From the NCBI RefSeq assembly GCF_055900595.2, contig NZ_CM148325.1: a DNA stretch of 64,000 nt; one strand, given 5' to 3'. Under the pieces are notes generated by a model. It was not told where the DNA came from, searched no databases, and saw only the letters and a program-made list of their open reading frames with translations. Positions within the stretch are counted from its first letter, which is position 1, and each line of letters starts with the position of its first letter. The translations under genes and the position numbers were made by a program. Positions 43,623 to 57,191 of this stretch are shown piece by piece.

Positions 43623-44066
43623 ATGAGTATGTCAACATCCACTGAAGTCATCGCTCATCACTGGGCATTCGCTATCTTTCTTATCGTTGCCATTGGCCTG
43701 TGTTGCCTGATGCTGGTAGGCGGTTGGTTTTTAGGCGGTCGCGCACGCGCGAGGTCGAAAAACGTTCCGTTTGAATCCGGTATCGACTCGGTCGGCTCCG
43801 CCCGCTTACGCCTGTCCGCCAAGTTTTATCTGGTGGCCATGTTCTTCGTTATCTTCGACGTTGAAGCGCTGTATCTGTTCGCATGGTCAACCTCTATCCG
43901 CGAAAGCGGCTGGGTAGGCTTTGTGGAAGCTGCAATTTTTATTTTTGTGTTACTGGCAGGTCTGGTTTATCTGGTGCGTATTGGCGCGCTGGACTGGACG
44001 CCCGCGCGTTCACGCCGCGAGCGTATGAACCCGGAAACGAACAGTATCGCTAATCGTCAACGCTAA
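43623..44066 (+). CDS. nuoA: NADH-quinone oxidoreductase subunit A
   Basis: 147-aa membrane ORF opening the nuo operon. Confidence 0.95.
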
Positions 44067-44081
44067 CCGCGAGGCATTAAG

Positions 44082-44744
44082 ATGGATTATACGCTCACCC
44101 GCATAGATCCCAACGGTGAGAACGACCGTTACCCCCTGCAAAAGCAGGAGATCGTAACCGACCCTCTGGAGCAAGAAGTTAACAAAAACGTGTTTATGGG
44201 CAAGCTCAATGACATGGTTAACTGGGGTCGTAAAAACTCAATTTGGCCGTATAACTTCGGTCTTTCCTGCTGTTACGTTGAGATGGTGACTTCGTTTACC
44301 GCGGTGCATGACGTGGCACGTTTTGGCGCAGAAGTATTGCGTGCTTCGCCGCGTCAGGCTGACCTGATGGTGGTTGCAGGAACCTGCTTTACCAAAATGG
44401 CACCGGTTATTCAGCGTCTGTATGACCAGATGCTGGAGCCAAAATGGGTTATCTCAATGGGTGCCTGTGCCAACTCTGGCGGTATGTACGATATTTATTC
44501 CGTTGTGCAGGGCGTTGATAAATTCATCCCGGTTGATGTGTATATCCCGGGCTGCCCGCCACGTCCTGAAGCGTACATGCAGGCACTGATGCTGTTGCAG
44601 GAATCTATCGGTAAAGAACGTCGTCCGCTCTCCTGGGTGGTTGGCGATCAGGGCGTTTATCGCGCCAATATGCAATCAGAGCGCGAACGCAAGCGCGGTG
44701 AACGCATTGCCGTTACCAACCTGCGTACACCTGACGAGATTTAA
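44082..44744 (+). CDS. nuoB: NADH-quinone oxidoreductase subunit B
   Basis: 220-aa ORF with N2 cluster cysteines (CCYVEM, GTCF, CPPRP). Confidence 0.95.
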
Positions 44745-44837
44745 TTTGCGCCTGTCGGCAAAGGGATTTTTCTTCGCTTATTCCTAAATCTATTTCGCGA
44801 AGCTTACTGCGCCGACAGTCACCACGGACCATTTGCA

Positions 44838-46640
44838 ATGGTGAACAATATGACCGACTTAACCGCGCAAGAACCCGCCTGGCAGACCCGCGATCATCTT
44901 GATGATCCGGTGATTGGCGAACTGCGCAACCGTTTTGGGCCGGATGCCTTTACTGTTCAGGCGACTCGCACCGGGGTTCCCGTTGTGTGGATCAAGCGTG
45001 AACAATTACTGGAAGTGGGTGATTTCTTAAAGAAACTGCCGAAACCTTACGTCATGCTGTTTGACTTACACGGCATGGACGAACGTCTGCGCACACACCG
45101 CGAAGGGTTACCTGCCGCGGATTTTTCCGTTTTCTACCATCTGATTTCTATTGATCGTAACCGCGACATCATGCTGAAGGTGGCGCTGGCAGAAAACGAC
45201 CTGCACGTACCGACCTTCACCAAGCTGTTCCCGAACGCTAACTGGTATGAGCGTGAAACCTGGGATCTGTTTGGCATTACTTTCGACGGTCACCCCAATT
45301 TGCGCCGCATCATGATGCCGCAAACCTGGAAAGGTCACCCGCTGCGTAAAGATTACCCGGCGCGCGCTACCGAATTCTCGCCGTTTGAGCTGACCAAAGC
45401 CAAACAGGATCTGGAGATGGAAGCCCTGACCTTCAAACCGGAAGAGTGGGGGATGAAGCGCGGCACCGAAAATGAAGACTTCATGTTCCTCAACCTCGGT
45501 CCGAACCACCCGTCGGCGCACGGTGCTTTCCGTATCGTTTTGCAACTCGATGGCGAAGAGATTGTCGACTGCGTACCAGACATCGGTTACCACCATCGTG
45601 GTGCGGAGAAAATGGGCGAGCGCCAGTCATGGCACAGCTACATTCCGTATACCGACCGTATCGAATATCTCGGTGGCTGTGTTAACGAGATGCCGTATGT
45701 ACTGGCGGTAGAGAAACTGGCCGGGATCACCGTACCAGATCGCGTTAACGTGATCCGCGTAATGCTCTCCGAACTGTTCCGCATTAACAGCCATCTGCTG
45801 TACATCTCGACCTTTATTCAGGACGTCGGTGCGATGACGCCAGTGTTCTTCGCTTTTACCGATCGTCAGAAAATCTACGATCTGGTGGAAGCGATCACTG
45901 GTTTTCGTATGCACCCGGCGTGGTTCCGTATTGGCGGCGTAGCGCACGACCTGCCGCGTGGCTGGGATCGCCTGCTGCGTGAGTTCCTCGACTGGATGCC
46001 GAAACGTCTGGCGTCTTATGAGAAAGCGGCGCTGCAAAACACCATTTTGAAAGGCCGTTCCCAGGGCGTAGCCGCCTACGGCGCGAAAGAGGCGCTGGAG
46101 TGGGGCACCACTGGCGCGGGCCTGCGTGCTACCGGGATCGACTTCGATGTGCGTAAGGCGCGCCCTTATTCTGGCTATGAAAACTTCGACTTTGAAATCC
46201 CGGTTGGTGGTGGTGTTTCTGACTGCTACACCCGCGTAATGCTGAAAGTGGAAGAACTGCGTCAGAGTCTGCGCATTCTTGAGCAGTGCCTCAACAACAT
46301 GCCGGAAGGCCCGTTCAAAGCGGATCACCCGCTGACCACGCCGCCGCCGAAAGAGCGCACGCTGCAACATATCGAAACCCTGATCACCCACTTCCTTCAA
46401 GTGTCGTGGGGGCCGGTGATGCCTGCCAATGAATCTTTCCAGATGATTGAGGCGACCAAAGGGATCAACAGTTACTACCTGACCAGCGACGGCAGCACCA
46501 TGAGTTATCGCACCCGTATCCGTACGCCGAGTTATGCGCATTTGCAGCAAATTCCGGCGGCGATCCGCGGCAGCCTGGTGTCTGACCTGATTGTTTATCT
46601 GGGCAGTATCGATTTTGTTATGTCAGATGTGGACCGCTAA
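44838..46640 (+). CDS. nuoC: NADH-quinone oxidoreductase subunit C/D (fused)
   Basis: Single 600-aa ORF covering both the NuoC-like and NuoD-like halves; an alternative start at MTDLTAQ (44850) is possible. Confidence 0.93.
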
Positions 46641-46642
46641 TT

Positions 46643-47143
46643 ATGCACGAGAATCAACAACCACAAACCGAGGCTTTTGAGCTGAGTGCGGCTGAGCGTG
46701 AAGCGATTGAGCACGAGATGCACCACTACGAAGACCCGCGTGCGGCGTCCATTGAAGCGCTGAAAATCGTTCAGAAACAGCGTGGATGGGTGCCAGACGG
46801 CGCGATCCACGCGATCGCTGACGTTCTGGGTATTCCCGCAAGTGATGTCGAAGGCGTGGCTACTTTCTACAGCCAGATCTTCCGCCAGCCGGTTGGTCGC
46901 CATGTGATCCGTTATTGCGACAGCGTGGTCTGTCACATTAACGGTTACCAGGGCATTCAGGCGGCACTGGAGAAAAAACTGAACATCAAACCAGGGCAAA
47001 CGACGTTTGACGGTCGCTTTACGCTGCTGCCAACTTGCTGCCTGGGGAACTGCGACAAAGGGCCAAACATGATGATCGATGAGGACACTCATGCGCATCT
47101 GACCCCAGAAGCGATTCCTGAACTGCTGGAGCGGTATAAATGA
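46643..47143 (+). CDS. nuoE: NADH-quinone oxidoreductase subunit E
   Basis: 166-aa ORF with 2Fe-2S cysteines ([16 protein letters not shown]). Confidence 0.95.
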
Positions 47144-48477
47144 AAAACATTATCCGTACTCCCGAAACGCATCCGCTGACCTGGCGTCTGCGTGATGACA
47201 AACAGCCAGTGTGGCTGGACGAATATCGCAGCAAAAACGGTTACGAAGGAGCGCGTAAAGCGCTGACCGGGCTGTCTCCGGACGAGATCGTCAATCAGGT
47301 TAAAGACGCTGGCCTGAAAGGGCGCGGCGGTGCGGGCTTCTCGACTGGCCTGAAATGGAGCCTGATGCCGAAAGACGAATCCATGAACATCCGTTACCTG
47401 CTGTGTAACGCCGATGAAATGGAGCCGGGCACTTATAAAGACCGCCTGCTGATGGAGCAACTACCGCACCTGCTGGTGGAAGGTATGCTCATCTCCGCAT
47501 TTGCGCTGAAAGCTTACCGTGGCTACATCTTCTTGCGTGGCGAATATATCGAGGCGGCAGTGAATCTGCGCCGTGCCATTGCCGAAGCCACCGAAGCAGG
47601 GCTGCTCGGCAAAAACATTATGGGAACAGGTTTCGATTTCGAACTGTTCGTCCATACCGGGGCAGGGCGCTACATCTGCGGGGAAGAAACAGCGTTAATC
47701 AACTCCCTGGAAGGGCGTCGCGCTAACCCACGCTCGAAGCCCCCTTTCCCGGCAACCTCTGGCGTTTGGGGCAAACCGACCTGTGTCAACAACGTCGAAA
47801 CCCTGTGTAACGTTCCGGCGATACTCGCTAACGGCGTGGAGTGGTATCAGAACATCTCGAAAAGCAAAGATGCTGGCACCAAGCTGATGGGCTTCTCAGG
47901 TCGGGTGAAAAATCCGGGTCTGTGGGAACTGCCGTTTGGCACCACCGCACGCGAGATCCTCGAAGATTACGCCGGTGGTATGCGTGACGGCCTGAAATTC
48001 AAAGCCTGGCAGCCAGGCGGCGCGGGGACCGACTTCCTGACCGAAGCGCACCTTGACCTGCCGATGGAATTCGAAAGTATCGGTAAAGCGGGCAGCCGTC
48101 TGGGTACGGCGCTGGCGATGGCGGTTGATCACGAGATCAACATGGTGTCGCTGGTACGAAACCTGGAAGAATTTTTCGCCCGTGAGTCCTGCGGCTGGTG
48201 TACGCCGTGCCGCGACGGTTTGCCGTGGAGCGTGAAAATTCTGCGCGCGCTGGAGCGTGGCGAAGGTCAGCCGGGCGATATCGAAACACTTGAGCAACTG
48301 TGTCGATTCTTGGGTCCGGGTAAAACTTTCTGTGCCCACGCACCTGGTGCAGTGGAGCCGTTACAGAGCGCCATCAAATATTTCCGCGAAGAATTTGAGG
48401 CGGGAATCAAACAGCCGTTCAGCAATACCCATTTGATTAATGGGATTCAGCCGAACCTGCTGAAAGAGCGCTGGTAA
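47140..48477 (+). CDS. nuoF: NADH-quinone oxidoreductase subunit F
   Basis: 445-aa ORF with NADH/FMN motif [19 protein letters not shown] and 4Fe-4S cysteines; start overlaps nuoE stop. Confidence 0.95.
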   Translation: MKNIIRTPETHPLTWRLRDDKQPVWLDEYRSKNGYEGARKALTGLSPDEIVNQVKDAGLKGRGGAGFSTGLKWSLMPKDESMNIRYLLCNADEMEPGTYKDRLLMEQLPHLLVEGMLISAFALKAYRGYIFLRGEYIEAAVNLRRAIAEATEAGLLGKNIMGTGFDFELFVHTGAGRYICGEETALINSLEGRRANPRSKPPFPATSGVWGKPTCVNNVETLCNVPAILANGVEWYQNISKSKDAGTKLMGFSGRVKNPGLWELPFGTTAREILEDYAGGMRDGLKFKAWQPGGAGTDFLTEAHLDLPMEFESIGKAGSRLGTALAMAVDHEINMVSLVRNLEEFFARESCGWCTPCRDGLPWSVKILRALERGEGQPGDIETLEQLCRFLGPGKTFCAHAPGAVEPLQSAIKYFREEFEAGIKQPFSNTHLINGIQPNLLKERW

Positions 48478-48529
48478 CCGAATTTCGATTAACGCTCAGT
48501 CTCTGACTGAGAAAACTGGAAGCATGCTA

Positions 48530-51256
48530 ATGGCTACAATTCATGTAGACGGCAAAGAATACGAGGTTAACGGAGCGGACAACCTGCTGGAAGCTTGTCT
48601 GTCTCTGGGCCTTGATATTCCTTACTTTTGCTGGCATCCGGCGCTGGGAAGCGTCGGTGCTTGCCGCCAGTGTGCGGTGAAGCAATACCAAAACGCGGAA
48701 GACACGCGTGGTCGCCTGGTGATGTCCTGTATGACACCGGCTTCCGATGGCACCTTTATTTCCATTGACGACGAAGAAGCGAAACAGTTCCGTGAAAGCG
48801 TGGTCGAGTGGTTGATGACCAACCACCCGCACGACTGTCCGGTATGTGAAGAGGGCGGTAACTGCCATCTTCAGGATATGACCGTGATGACCGGACACAG
48901 CTTCCGTCGCTACCGTTTCACCAAACGTACCCACCGCAATCAGGATCTGGGGCCGTTCATCTCTCACGAAATGAACCGTTGCATCGCCTGCTACCGCTGC
49001 GTGCGTTACTACAAAGATTACGCTGACGGTACAGATCTGGGCGTTTACGGTGCACATGACAACGTCTACTTCGGTCGCCCGGAAGACGGCACCCTGGAAA
49101 GCGAATTCTCCGGTAACCTGGTCGAAATTTGCCCGACCGGCGTATTCACCGACAAAACCCACTCCGAGCGTTATAACCGTAAATGGGATATGCAGTTTGC
49201 GCCGAGCATCTGCCAGCAATGTTCCATCGGCTGTAACATCAGCCCCGGCGAGCGTTATGGCGAACTGCGTCGTATCGAAAACCGTTACAACGGTACGGTA
49301 AACCACTACTTCCTCTGCGACCGAGGTCGTTTCGGTTACGGTTACGTCAACCTGAAAGATCGTCCGCGTCAGCCAGTACAGCGTCGTGGCGATGATTTCA
49401 TTACCCTCAACGCCGAACAGGCAATGCAGGGCGCGGCAGATATTCTGCGTCAGTCGAAGAAAGTCATCGGCATCGGTTCTCCGCGTGCCAGCGTGGAAAG
49501 CAACTTTGCGCTGCGTGAGCTGGTGGGCGAAGAAAACTTCTACACCGGTATCGCTCACGGTGAGCAGGAACGTCTGCAACTGGCGCTGAAAGTACTGCGT
49601 GAAGGCGGCATTTATACTCCGGCTCTGCGCGAAATCGAATCTTACGATGCGGTACTGGTGCTGGGCGAAGACGTTACCCAGACCGGCGCGCGCGTCGCGC
49701 TGGCAGTGCGTCAGGCGGTGAAAGGTAAAGCGCGCGAAATGGCAGCAGCACAGAAAGTGGCTGACTGGCAGATTGCGGCAATCCTCAACATCGGTCAACG
49801 TGCGAAGCATCCGCTGTTTGTGACTAACGTTGATGACACCCGTCTGGATGATATCGCGGCGTGGACTTACCGCGCACCGGTTGAAGATCAGGCGCGTTTA
49901 GGTTTTGCCATCGCCCATGCGCTGGATAACTCTGCACCAGCGGTTGACGGTATCGAACCTGAGCTGCAAAGCAAAATCGACGTCATCGTGCAGGCACTGG
50001 CTGGTGCGAAGAAACCGTTAATTATCTCCGGGACGAACGCTGGTAGCGCTGAAGTGATTCAGGCTGCGGCTAACGTCGCGAAAGCCCTGAAAGGTCGCGG
50101 CGCTGACGTCGGTATCACCATGATTGCCCGCTCTGTCAACAGCATGGGGTTGGGCATTATGGGCGGCGGTTCGCTTGAAGAAGCGTTGACCGAACTGGAA
50201 ACAGGACGCGCCGACGCGGTGGTGGTGCTGGAGAACGATCTGCATCGTCACGCTTCCGCTACCCGCGTGAATGCTGCGCTGGCGAAAGCGCCGCTGGTGA
50301 TGGTGGTTGACCATCAACGTACGGCGATCATGGAAAACGCCCATCTGGTGCTTTCCGCCGCCAGCTTTGCTGAAAGCGACGGTACGGTGATCAACAACGA
50401 AGGCCGCGCCCAACGTTTCTTCCAGGTTTACGATCCGGCTTATTACGACAGCAAAACTGTGATGCTGGAAAGCTGGCGCTGGCTGCACTCGCTGCACAGC
50501 ACCCTGCTGAGCCGTGAAGTGGACTGGACGCAGCTCGACCATGTGATTGACGCTGTTGTGGCGAAAATCCCGGAACTGGCAGGTATCAAAGATGCTGCGC
50601 CGGATGCGACATTCCGTATTCGTGGGCAGAAACTGGCCCGTGAGCCGCACCGTTACAGCGGTCGTACCGCCATGCGCGCCAACATCAGCGTTCATGAGCC
50701 GCGTCAGCCGCAGGATATTGACACCATGTTCACCTTCTCGATGGAAGGTAACAACCAGCCGACCGCGCACCGTTCGCAAGTGCCGTTTGCCTGGGCGCCG
50801 GGCTGGAACTCCCCGCAGGCGTGGAACAAATTCCAGGACGAAGTGGGCGGCAAACTGCGCTTTGGCGATCCGGGCGTGCGTCTGTTTGAAACCAGCGAAA
50901 ACGGTCTGGATTACTTCACCAGCGTACCGGCACGCTTCCAACCGCAGGACGGGAAATGGCGTATCGCGCCGTACTACCACCTGTTTGGCAGCGATGAATT
51001 GTCACAGCGTGCTCCGGTCTTCCAGAGCCGTATGCCGCAGCCGTACATCAAACTCAACCCCGCGGATGCCGCGAAGTTGGGGGTGAACGGGGGTACACGC
51101 GTCTCCTTTAGTTACGATGGCAACACGGTCACGCTGCCGGTTGAAATCGCCGAAGGACTGACGGCAGGGCAGGTGGGCTTGCCGATGGGCATGTCCGGCA
51201 TTGCTCCGGTGCTGGCTGGCGCGCATCTTGAGGATCTCAAGGAGGCACAACAATGA
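48530..51256 (+). CDS. nuoG: NADH-quinone oxidoreductase subunit G
   Basis: ORF track 48524-51256; start placed at [11 protein letters not shown] (908 aa); multiple Fe-S cysteine clusters. Confidence 0.95.
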   Translation: MATIHVDGKEYEVNGADNLLEACLSLGLDIPYFCWHPALGSVGACRQCAVKQYQNAEDTRGRLVMSCMTPASDGTFISIDDEEAKQFRESVVEWLMTNHPHDCPVCEEGGNCHLQDMTVMTGHSFRRYRFTKRTHRNQDLGPFISHEMNRCIACYRCVRYYKDYADGTDLGVYGAHDNVYFGRPEDGTLESEFSGNLVEICPTGVFTDKTHSERYNRKWDMQFAPSICQQCSIGCNISPGERYGELRRIENRYNGTVNHYFLCDRGRFGYGYVNLKDRPRQPVQRRGDDFITLNAEQAMQGAADILRQSKKVIGIGSPRASVESNFALRELVGEENFYTGIAHGEQERLQLALKVLREGGIYTPALREIESYDAVLVLGEDVTQTGARVALAVRQAVKGKAREMAAAQKVADWQIAAILNIGQRAKHPLFVTNVDDTRLDDIAAWTYRAPVEDQARLGFAIAHALDNSAPAVDGIEPELQSKIDVIVQALAGAKKPLIISGTNAGSAEVIQAAANVAKALKGRGADVGITMIARSVNSMGLGIMGGGSLEEALTELETGRADAVVVLENDLHRHASATRVNAALAKAPLVMVVDHQRTAIMENAHLVLSAASFAESDGTVINNEGRAQRFFQVYDPAYYDSKTVMLESWRWLHSLHSTLLSREVDWTQLDHVIDAVVAKIPELAGIKDAAPDATFRIRGQKLAREPHRYSGRTAMRANISVHEPRQPQDIDTMFTFSMEGNNQPTAHRSQVPFAWAPGWNSPQAWNKFQDEVGGKLRFGDPGVRLFETSENGLDYFTSVPARFQPQDGKWRIAPYYHLFGSDELSQRAPVFQSRMPQPYIKLNPADAAKLGVNGGTRVSFSYDGNTVTLPVEIAEGLTAGQVGLPMGMSGIAPVLAGAHLEDLKEAQQ

Positions 51257-52230
51257 GTTGGATATCACCGGAACTGATTGAGATCCTGCTGACCATCCTC
51301 AAAGCGGTGGTGATCCTGCTGGTGGTTGTCACCTGCGGGGCATTCATGAGCTTTGGCGAACGTCGCCTGCTGGGTCTGTTCCAGAACCGTTACGGACCTA
51401 ACCGTGTTGGCTGGGGCGGTTCGCTCCAGCTGGTCGCGGACATGATCAAAATGTTCTTTAAAGAAGACTGGATCCCGAAATTCTCGGATCGCGTCATCTT
51501 TACTCTGGCACCGATGATTGCCTTTACCTCGCTGCTGCTGGCCTTTGCGATTGTGCCAGTCAGTCCGGGTTGGGTGGTTGCCGACCTGAACATCGGGATT
51601 TTGTTCTTCCTGATGATGGCAGGTCTGGCGGTTTACGCGGTGCTGTTTGCGGGCTGGTCAAGTAACAACAAATACTCGCTGCTGGGTGCGATGCGTGCTT
51701 CTGCGCAGACCCTGAGCTACGAAGTGTTCCTCGGGCTTTCCCTGATGGGCGTGGTGGCGCAGGCCGGTTCATTCAACATGACCGACATCGTTAACAGCCA
51801 GGCGCACGTGTGGAACGTCATCCCGCAATTCTTTGGTTTTATTACCTTTGCCATCGCGGGCGTGGCGGTGTGTCACCGTCACCCGTTTGACCAGCCGGAA
51901 GCCGAGCAGGAACTGGCGGATGGTTACCACATTGAGTATTCCGGCATGAAGTTCGGTCTGTTCTTCGTGGGCGAATACATCGGGATTGTGACCATCTCCG
52001 CATTGATGGTGACGCTGTTCTTCGGTGGCTGGCAAGGCCCGTTCTTACCGCCATTCATCTGGTTCGCGCTGAAAACCGCGTTCTTTATGATGATGTTCAT
52101 TTTGATTCGTGCGTCGTTACCGCGTCCGCGTTATGACCAGGTAATGTCCTTCGGCTGGAAAATCTGCCTGCCGCTGACGCTGATCAACTTGCTGGTAACG
52201 GCGGCTGTCATTCTCTGGCAGGCGCAATAA
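51253..52230 (+). CDS. nuoH: NADH-quinone oxidoreductase subunit H
   Basis: 325-aa polytopic ORF; start overlaps nuoG stop. Confidence 0.95.
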
Positions 52231-52244
52231 GGGGCACTAAGACC

Positions 52245-52787
52245 ATGACCTTAAAAGAATTGTTAGTAGGTTTCGGCACCCAGGTTCGTAGTATCTGGAT
52301 GATCGGCCTGCACGCGTTCGCCAAACGCGAAACGCGAATGTACCCGGAAGAGCCGGTCTATCTGCCGCCCCGTTATCGTGGTCGCATCGTTCTGACCCGC
52401 GACCCGGACGGCGAAGAGCGTTGCGTAGCCTGTAACCTCTGCGCGGTAGCCTGCCCGGTCGGCTGTATCTCGCTGCAAAAAGCAGAAACCAAAGACGGTC
52501 GCTGGTATCCGGAATTTTTCCGCATCAACTTCTCACGCTGCATTTTCTGTGGTCTGTGCGAAGAAGCCTGTCCGACTACGGCGATTCAGTTAACCCCGGA
52601 TTTCGAAATGGGGGAATACAAGCGCCAGGATCTGGTTTATGAGAAAGAGGATCTGCTGATCTCCGGTCCGGGCAAATACCCGGAATATAACTTCTACCGG
52701 ATGGCAGGTATGGCAATCGACGGCAAAGATAAGGGCGAAGCAGAGAACGAAGCCAAGCCTATCGACGTCAAGAGCCTGTTACCGTAA
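52245..52787 (+). CDS. nuoI: NADH-quinone oxidoreductase subunit I
   Basis: 180-aa ORF with two ferredoxin motifs ([12 protein letters not shown] and [12 protein letters not shown]). Confidence 0.95.
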
Positions 52788-52798
52788 GGAGAGGGGCA

Positions 52799-53353
52799 AT
52801 GGAGTTCGCTTTTTATATCTGTGGCCTGATAGCCATACTTGCGACCTTGCGAGTGATCACCCATACCAATCCGGTACACGCATTGCTGTACCTGATTATT
52901 TCGCTGCTGGCGATTTCCGGGGTGTTCTTCTCATTGGGCGCTTACTTCGCCGGTGCGCTGGAAATTATCGTCTACGCGGGTGCCATTATGGTGCTGTTCG
53001 TGTTCGTGGTGATGATGCTCAACCTGGGCGGTTCGGAAATCGAACAGGAACGCCAGTGGCTGAAACCGCAGGTGTGGATTGGTCCGGCAATTTTGTCAGC
53101 CATCATGCTGGTGGTGATTGTTTACGCCATTCTCGGTGTTAACGATCAGGGTATCGACGGTACGCCAATCAGTGCTAAAGCAGTGGGTATTACGCTGTTC
53201 GGGCCTTACGTACTGGCGGTGGAACTGGCTTCTATGCTGCTGCTGGCTGGTCTGGTTGTGGCCTTCCACGTCGGTCGTGAAGAGCGTGCGGGTGAAGTGC
53301 TGAGCAATCGTAAAGACGACAGCGCGAAAAGAAAAACGGAGGAGCACGCATGA
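52799..53353 (+). CDS. nuoJ: NADH-quinone oxidoreductase subunit J
   Basis: 184-aa membrane ORF. Confidence 0.93.
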
Positions 53354-53652
53354 TCCCCTTACAACATGGACTGATCCTCGCGGCAATCTTATTCGTTCTT
53401 GGCTTAACCGGTCTGGTTATCCGTCGCAATCTGCTTTTTATGCTGATTGGTCTGGAAATCATGATTAACGCCTCTGCGCTGGCCTTTGTGGTCGCCGGAA
53501 GCTACTGGGGCCAGACCGACGGTCAGGTGATGTACATTCTCGCCATCAGCCTCGCGGCGGCGGAAGCGAGTATCGGCCTTGCGCTGCTGCTGCAACTTCA
53601 CCGTCGTCGCCAGAACCTGAACATCGATTCAGTAAGTGAGATGCGCGGATGA
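53350..53652 (+). CDS. nuoK: NADH-quinone oxidoreductase subunit K
   Basis: 100-aa membrane ORF; overlaps nuoJ stop and nuoL start. Confidence 0.93.
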
Positions 53653-55490
53653 ACATGCTTGCCTTAACCATTATTTTGCCATTGATTGGCTTCGTCCTGC
53701 TGGCGTTCTCCCGTGGGCGCTGGTCTGAAAACGTCTCGGCGATCGTGGGCGTAGGCTCTGTGGGCCTGGCGGCGCTGGTAACTGCCTTTATCGGCGTTGA
53801 CTTCTTCGCTAACGGTGAGCAGGCATACAGCCAGCCACTGTGGACATGGATGTCGGTAGGCGACTTTAACATCGGTTTCAATCTGGTGCTGGACGGCCTG
53901 TCGCTGACCATGCTCTCGGTGGTCACCGGTGTCGGTTTCCTTATTCACATGTACGCCTCCTGGTATATGCGTGGTGAAGAGGGCTACTCTCGCTTCTTCG
54001 CCTACACCAACCTGTTCATCGCCAGCATGGTGGTTCTGGTTCTTGCCGACAACCTGCTGCTGATGTACCTCGGCTGGGAAGGCGTGGGCCTGTGCTCCTA
54101 TCTGTTGATCGGTTTCTATTACACCGATCCGAAGAATGGCGCAGCGGCAATGAAAGCGTTTGTCGTGACCCGTGTGGGTGACGTGTTCCTCGCTTTCGCG
54201 CTGTTCATTCTCTACAACGAACTGGGCACCCTGAACTTCCGTGAAATGGTGGAACTGGCACCCGCGCACTTTGCTGACGGCAATAACATGCTGATGTGGG
54301 CGACGCTGATGCTGCTGGGCGGTGCGGTTGGTAAATCTGCGCAGCTACCGTTGCAGACATGGCTTGCCGACGCGATGGCGGGCCCGACGCCTGTCTCCGC
54401 GCTGATCCACGCTGCAACAATGGTAACCGCGGGTGTCTACCTGATCGCCCGTACCCACGGCCTGTTCCTGATGACACCAGAAGTTCTGCATCTGGTGGGT
54501 ATTGTCGGGGCAGTTACGCTGCTGCTGGCCGGTTTTGCCGCGCTGGTACAGACCGATATCAAACGTGTTCTCGCTTACTCTACCATGAGCCAGATTGGCT
54601 ACATGTTCCTCGCGCTTGGCGTACAGGCATGGGATGCGGCGATTTTCCACTTGATGACCCACGCGTTCTTTAAAGCGCTGCTGTTCCTGGCATCCGGTTC
54701 CGTCATTCTGGCCTGCCATCACGAACAGAACATCTTCAAGATGGGCGGTCTGCGTAAATCTATTCCGCTGGTTTATCTCTGCTTCCTGGTGGGTGGTGCA
54801 GCACTGTCGGCACTGCCGCTGGTTACTGCGGGCTTCTTCAGTAAGGATGAGATCCTCGCGGGTGCGATGGCGAATGGTCATATCAATCTGATGGTGGCAG
54901 GTCTGGTCGGTGCGTTTATGACCTCGCTCTACACCTTCCGTATGATTTTCATCGTCTTCCACGGGAAAGAACAAATTCACGCTCACGCCGTGAAAGGGAT
55001 TACTCACAGCCTGCCGCTGATTGTGCTGCTGATCCTTTCCACCTTCGTTGGCGCACTGATTGTACCGCCGCTGCAGGGCGTGCTTCCGCAAACTACGGAA
55101 CTGGCGCACGGCAGCATGTTGACCCTGGAAATTACCTCTGGCGTGGTCGCGGTGGTTGGTATTCTGCTGGCAGCCTGGCTGTGGCTGGGTAAACGTACTC
55201 TGGTGACCTCCATCGCCAACAGTGCGCCGGGCCGTCTGCTGGGTACCTGGTGGTACAACGCCTGGGGCTTTGACTGGCTGTACGACAAAGTGTTCGTCAA
55301 GCCGTTCCTGGGTATTGCCTGGTTGCTGAAACGCGATCCGCTGAACTCAATGATGAACATCCCGGCTGTCCTTTCCCGCTTTGCAGGTAAAGGTCTGCTG
55401 TTAAGCGAGAACGGTTATCTGCGCTGGTATGTGGCATCCATGAGCATCGGTGCGGTCGTGGTGCTGGCACTGTTGATGGTACTGCGTTGA
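53649..55490 (+). CDS. nuoL: NADH-quinone oxidoreductase subunit L
   Basis: 613-aa antiporter-like membrane ORF. Confidence 0.95.
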
Positions 55491-55527
55491 GTTAAGGATT
55501 GTGGGCTTGCCCCTGGGCATATAAGAA

Positions 55528-55568
55528 CGTAGGTCGGATAAGCCGCCTTCGCGGCGCATCCGACACTA
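55528..55568. repeat. REP palindromic element inside the nuo operon (nuoL-nuoM spacer)
   Basis: GTAGGTCGGATAAGCCGCCTTCGCGGCGCATCCGACAC. Confidence 0.8.
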
Positions 55569-55655
55569 CAACCACAATCCGAAGAGAATTTTCTGTCGTG
55601 AGAATTCGTTGAAAATCCGGTCCTGACGGGACTTTTACAAGGAATAAAGATCGCC

Positions 55656-57185
55656 ATGTTACTACCCTGGCTAATATTAATTCCCTTTATCGGCGGCTTC
55701 CTGTGCTGGCAGACCGAACGCTTTGGCGTCAAGGTGCCGCGCTGGATCGCGCTGATCACCATGGGATTGACGCTGGCGCTGTCGCTGCAACTGTGGTTGC
55801 AGGGCGGTTATTCACTGACGCAATCCGCCGGAATTCCGCAGTGGCAGTCTGAATTCGACATGCCGTGGATCCCGCGTTTTGGTATCTCTATCCATCTCGC
55901 CATTGACGGGCTATCGCTGCTGATGGTCGTGCTGACCGGTCTGCTCGGTGTGCTGGCGGTACTCTGTTCGTGGAAAGAGATCGAAAAATATCAGGGCTTC
56001 TTCCACCTCAACCTGATGTGGATCCTGGGCGGCGTTATCGGCGTGTTCCTTGCCATCGACATGTTCCTGTTCTTCTTCTTCTGGGAAATGATGCTGGTGC
56101 CGATGTACTTCCTGATCGCACTGTGGGGGCATAAAGCCTCTGACGGTAAAACGCGTATCACGGCGGCAACCAAGTTCTTCATTTACACCCAGGCGAGTGG
56201 TCTGGTGATGCTGATCGCCATCCTGGCGCTGGTTTTTGTTCACTACAATGCGACTGGCGTCTGGACCTTCAACTATGAAGAGCTGCTGAATACGCCGATG
56301 TCTAACGGCGTGGAATACCTGCTGATGCTGGGCTTCTTCATCGCCTTCGCAGTGAAAATGCCGGTGGTTCCGCTGCATGGCTGGCTGCCGGATGCGCACT
56401 CTCAGGCACCGACTGCCGGTTCCGTTGACCTCGCGGGGATCTTGCTGAAAACTGCCGCTTACGGTTTGCTGCGTTTCTCCCTGCCGCTGTTCCCGAACGC
56501 GTCGGCAGAGTTTGCACCAATCGCTATGTGGCTGGGTGTTATCGGCATCTTCTACGGTGCGTGGATGGCCTTCGCCCAGACCGATATCAAACGTCTGATC
56601 GCCTACACCTCGGTTTCCCACATGGGCTTTGTGCTGATTGCTATCTACACCGGCAGCCAGTTGGCCTACCAGGGCGCGGTAATCCAGATGATTGCGCACG
56701 GCTTGTCGGCAGCGGGTCTGTTTATTCTCTGCGGTCAGCTTTATGAACGTATCCATACCCGCGACATGCGCATGATGGGCGGTCTGTGGAGCAAGATGAA
56801 ATGGCTGCCAGCACTGTCACTGTTCTTTGCGGTGGCAACGCTTGGGATGCCGGGCACCGGTAACTTCGTCGGCGAATTTATGATTCTGTTCGGCAGCTTC
56901 CAGGTTGTCCCGGTGATTACCGTTATCTCTACCTTTGGGCTAGTCTTTGCATCTGTTTATTCGCTGGCGATGTTGCATCGCGCTTACTTCGGTAAAGCGA
57001 AAAGCCAGATTGCCAGCCAGGAACTGCCAGGGATGTCGCTGCGTGAGCTGTTTATGATCCTGTTGCTGGTGGTGCTGCTGGTACTGCTGGGCTTCTATCC
57101 GCAGCCGATTCTGGATACCTCGCACTCCGCGATTGGCAATATCCAGCAGTGGTTTGTTAATTCCGTTACTACTACAAGGCCGTAA
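55656..57185 (+). CDS. nuoM: NADH-quinone oxidoreductase subunit M
   Basis: 509-aa antiporter-like membrane ORF. Confidence 0.95.
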   Translation: MLLPWLILIPFIGGFLCWQTERFGVKVPRWIALITMGLTLALSLQLWLQGGYSLTQSAGIPQWQSEFDMPWIPRFGISIHLAIDGLSLLMVVLTGLLGVLAVLCSWKEIEKYQGFFHLNLMWILGGVIGVFLAIDMFLFFFFWEMMLVPMYFLIALWGHKASDGKTRITAATKFFIYTQASGLVMLIAILALVFVHYNATGVWTFNYEELLNTPMSNGVEYLLMLGFFIAFAVKMPVVPLHGWLPDAHSQAPTAGSVDLAGILLKTAAYGLLRFSLPLFPNASAEFAPIAMWLGVIGIFYGAWMAFAQTDIKRLIAYTSVSHMGFVLIAIYTGSQLAYQGAVIQMIAHGLSAAGLFILCGQLYERIHTRDMRMMGGLWSKMKWLPALSLFFAVATLGMPGTGNFVGEFMILFGSFQVVPVITVISTFGLVFASVYSLAMLHRAYFGKAKSQIASQELPGMSLRELFMILLLVVLLVLLGFYPQPILDTSHSAIGNIQQWFVNSVTTTRP

Positions 57186-57191
57186 ATCGCC

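Noticed and set aside
45627-50980. Long antisense ORFs within nuoC and nuoG (307, 427 and 320 codons), and a similar one (346 codons, 34018-35058) antisense to ackA.
   Set aside because: Each lies fully inside a well-supported gene on the other strand, has no SD or recognisable motif, and has arginine- and histidine-rich composition typical of antisense shadow frames.
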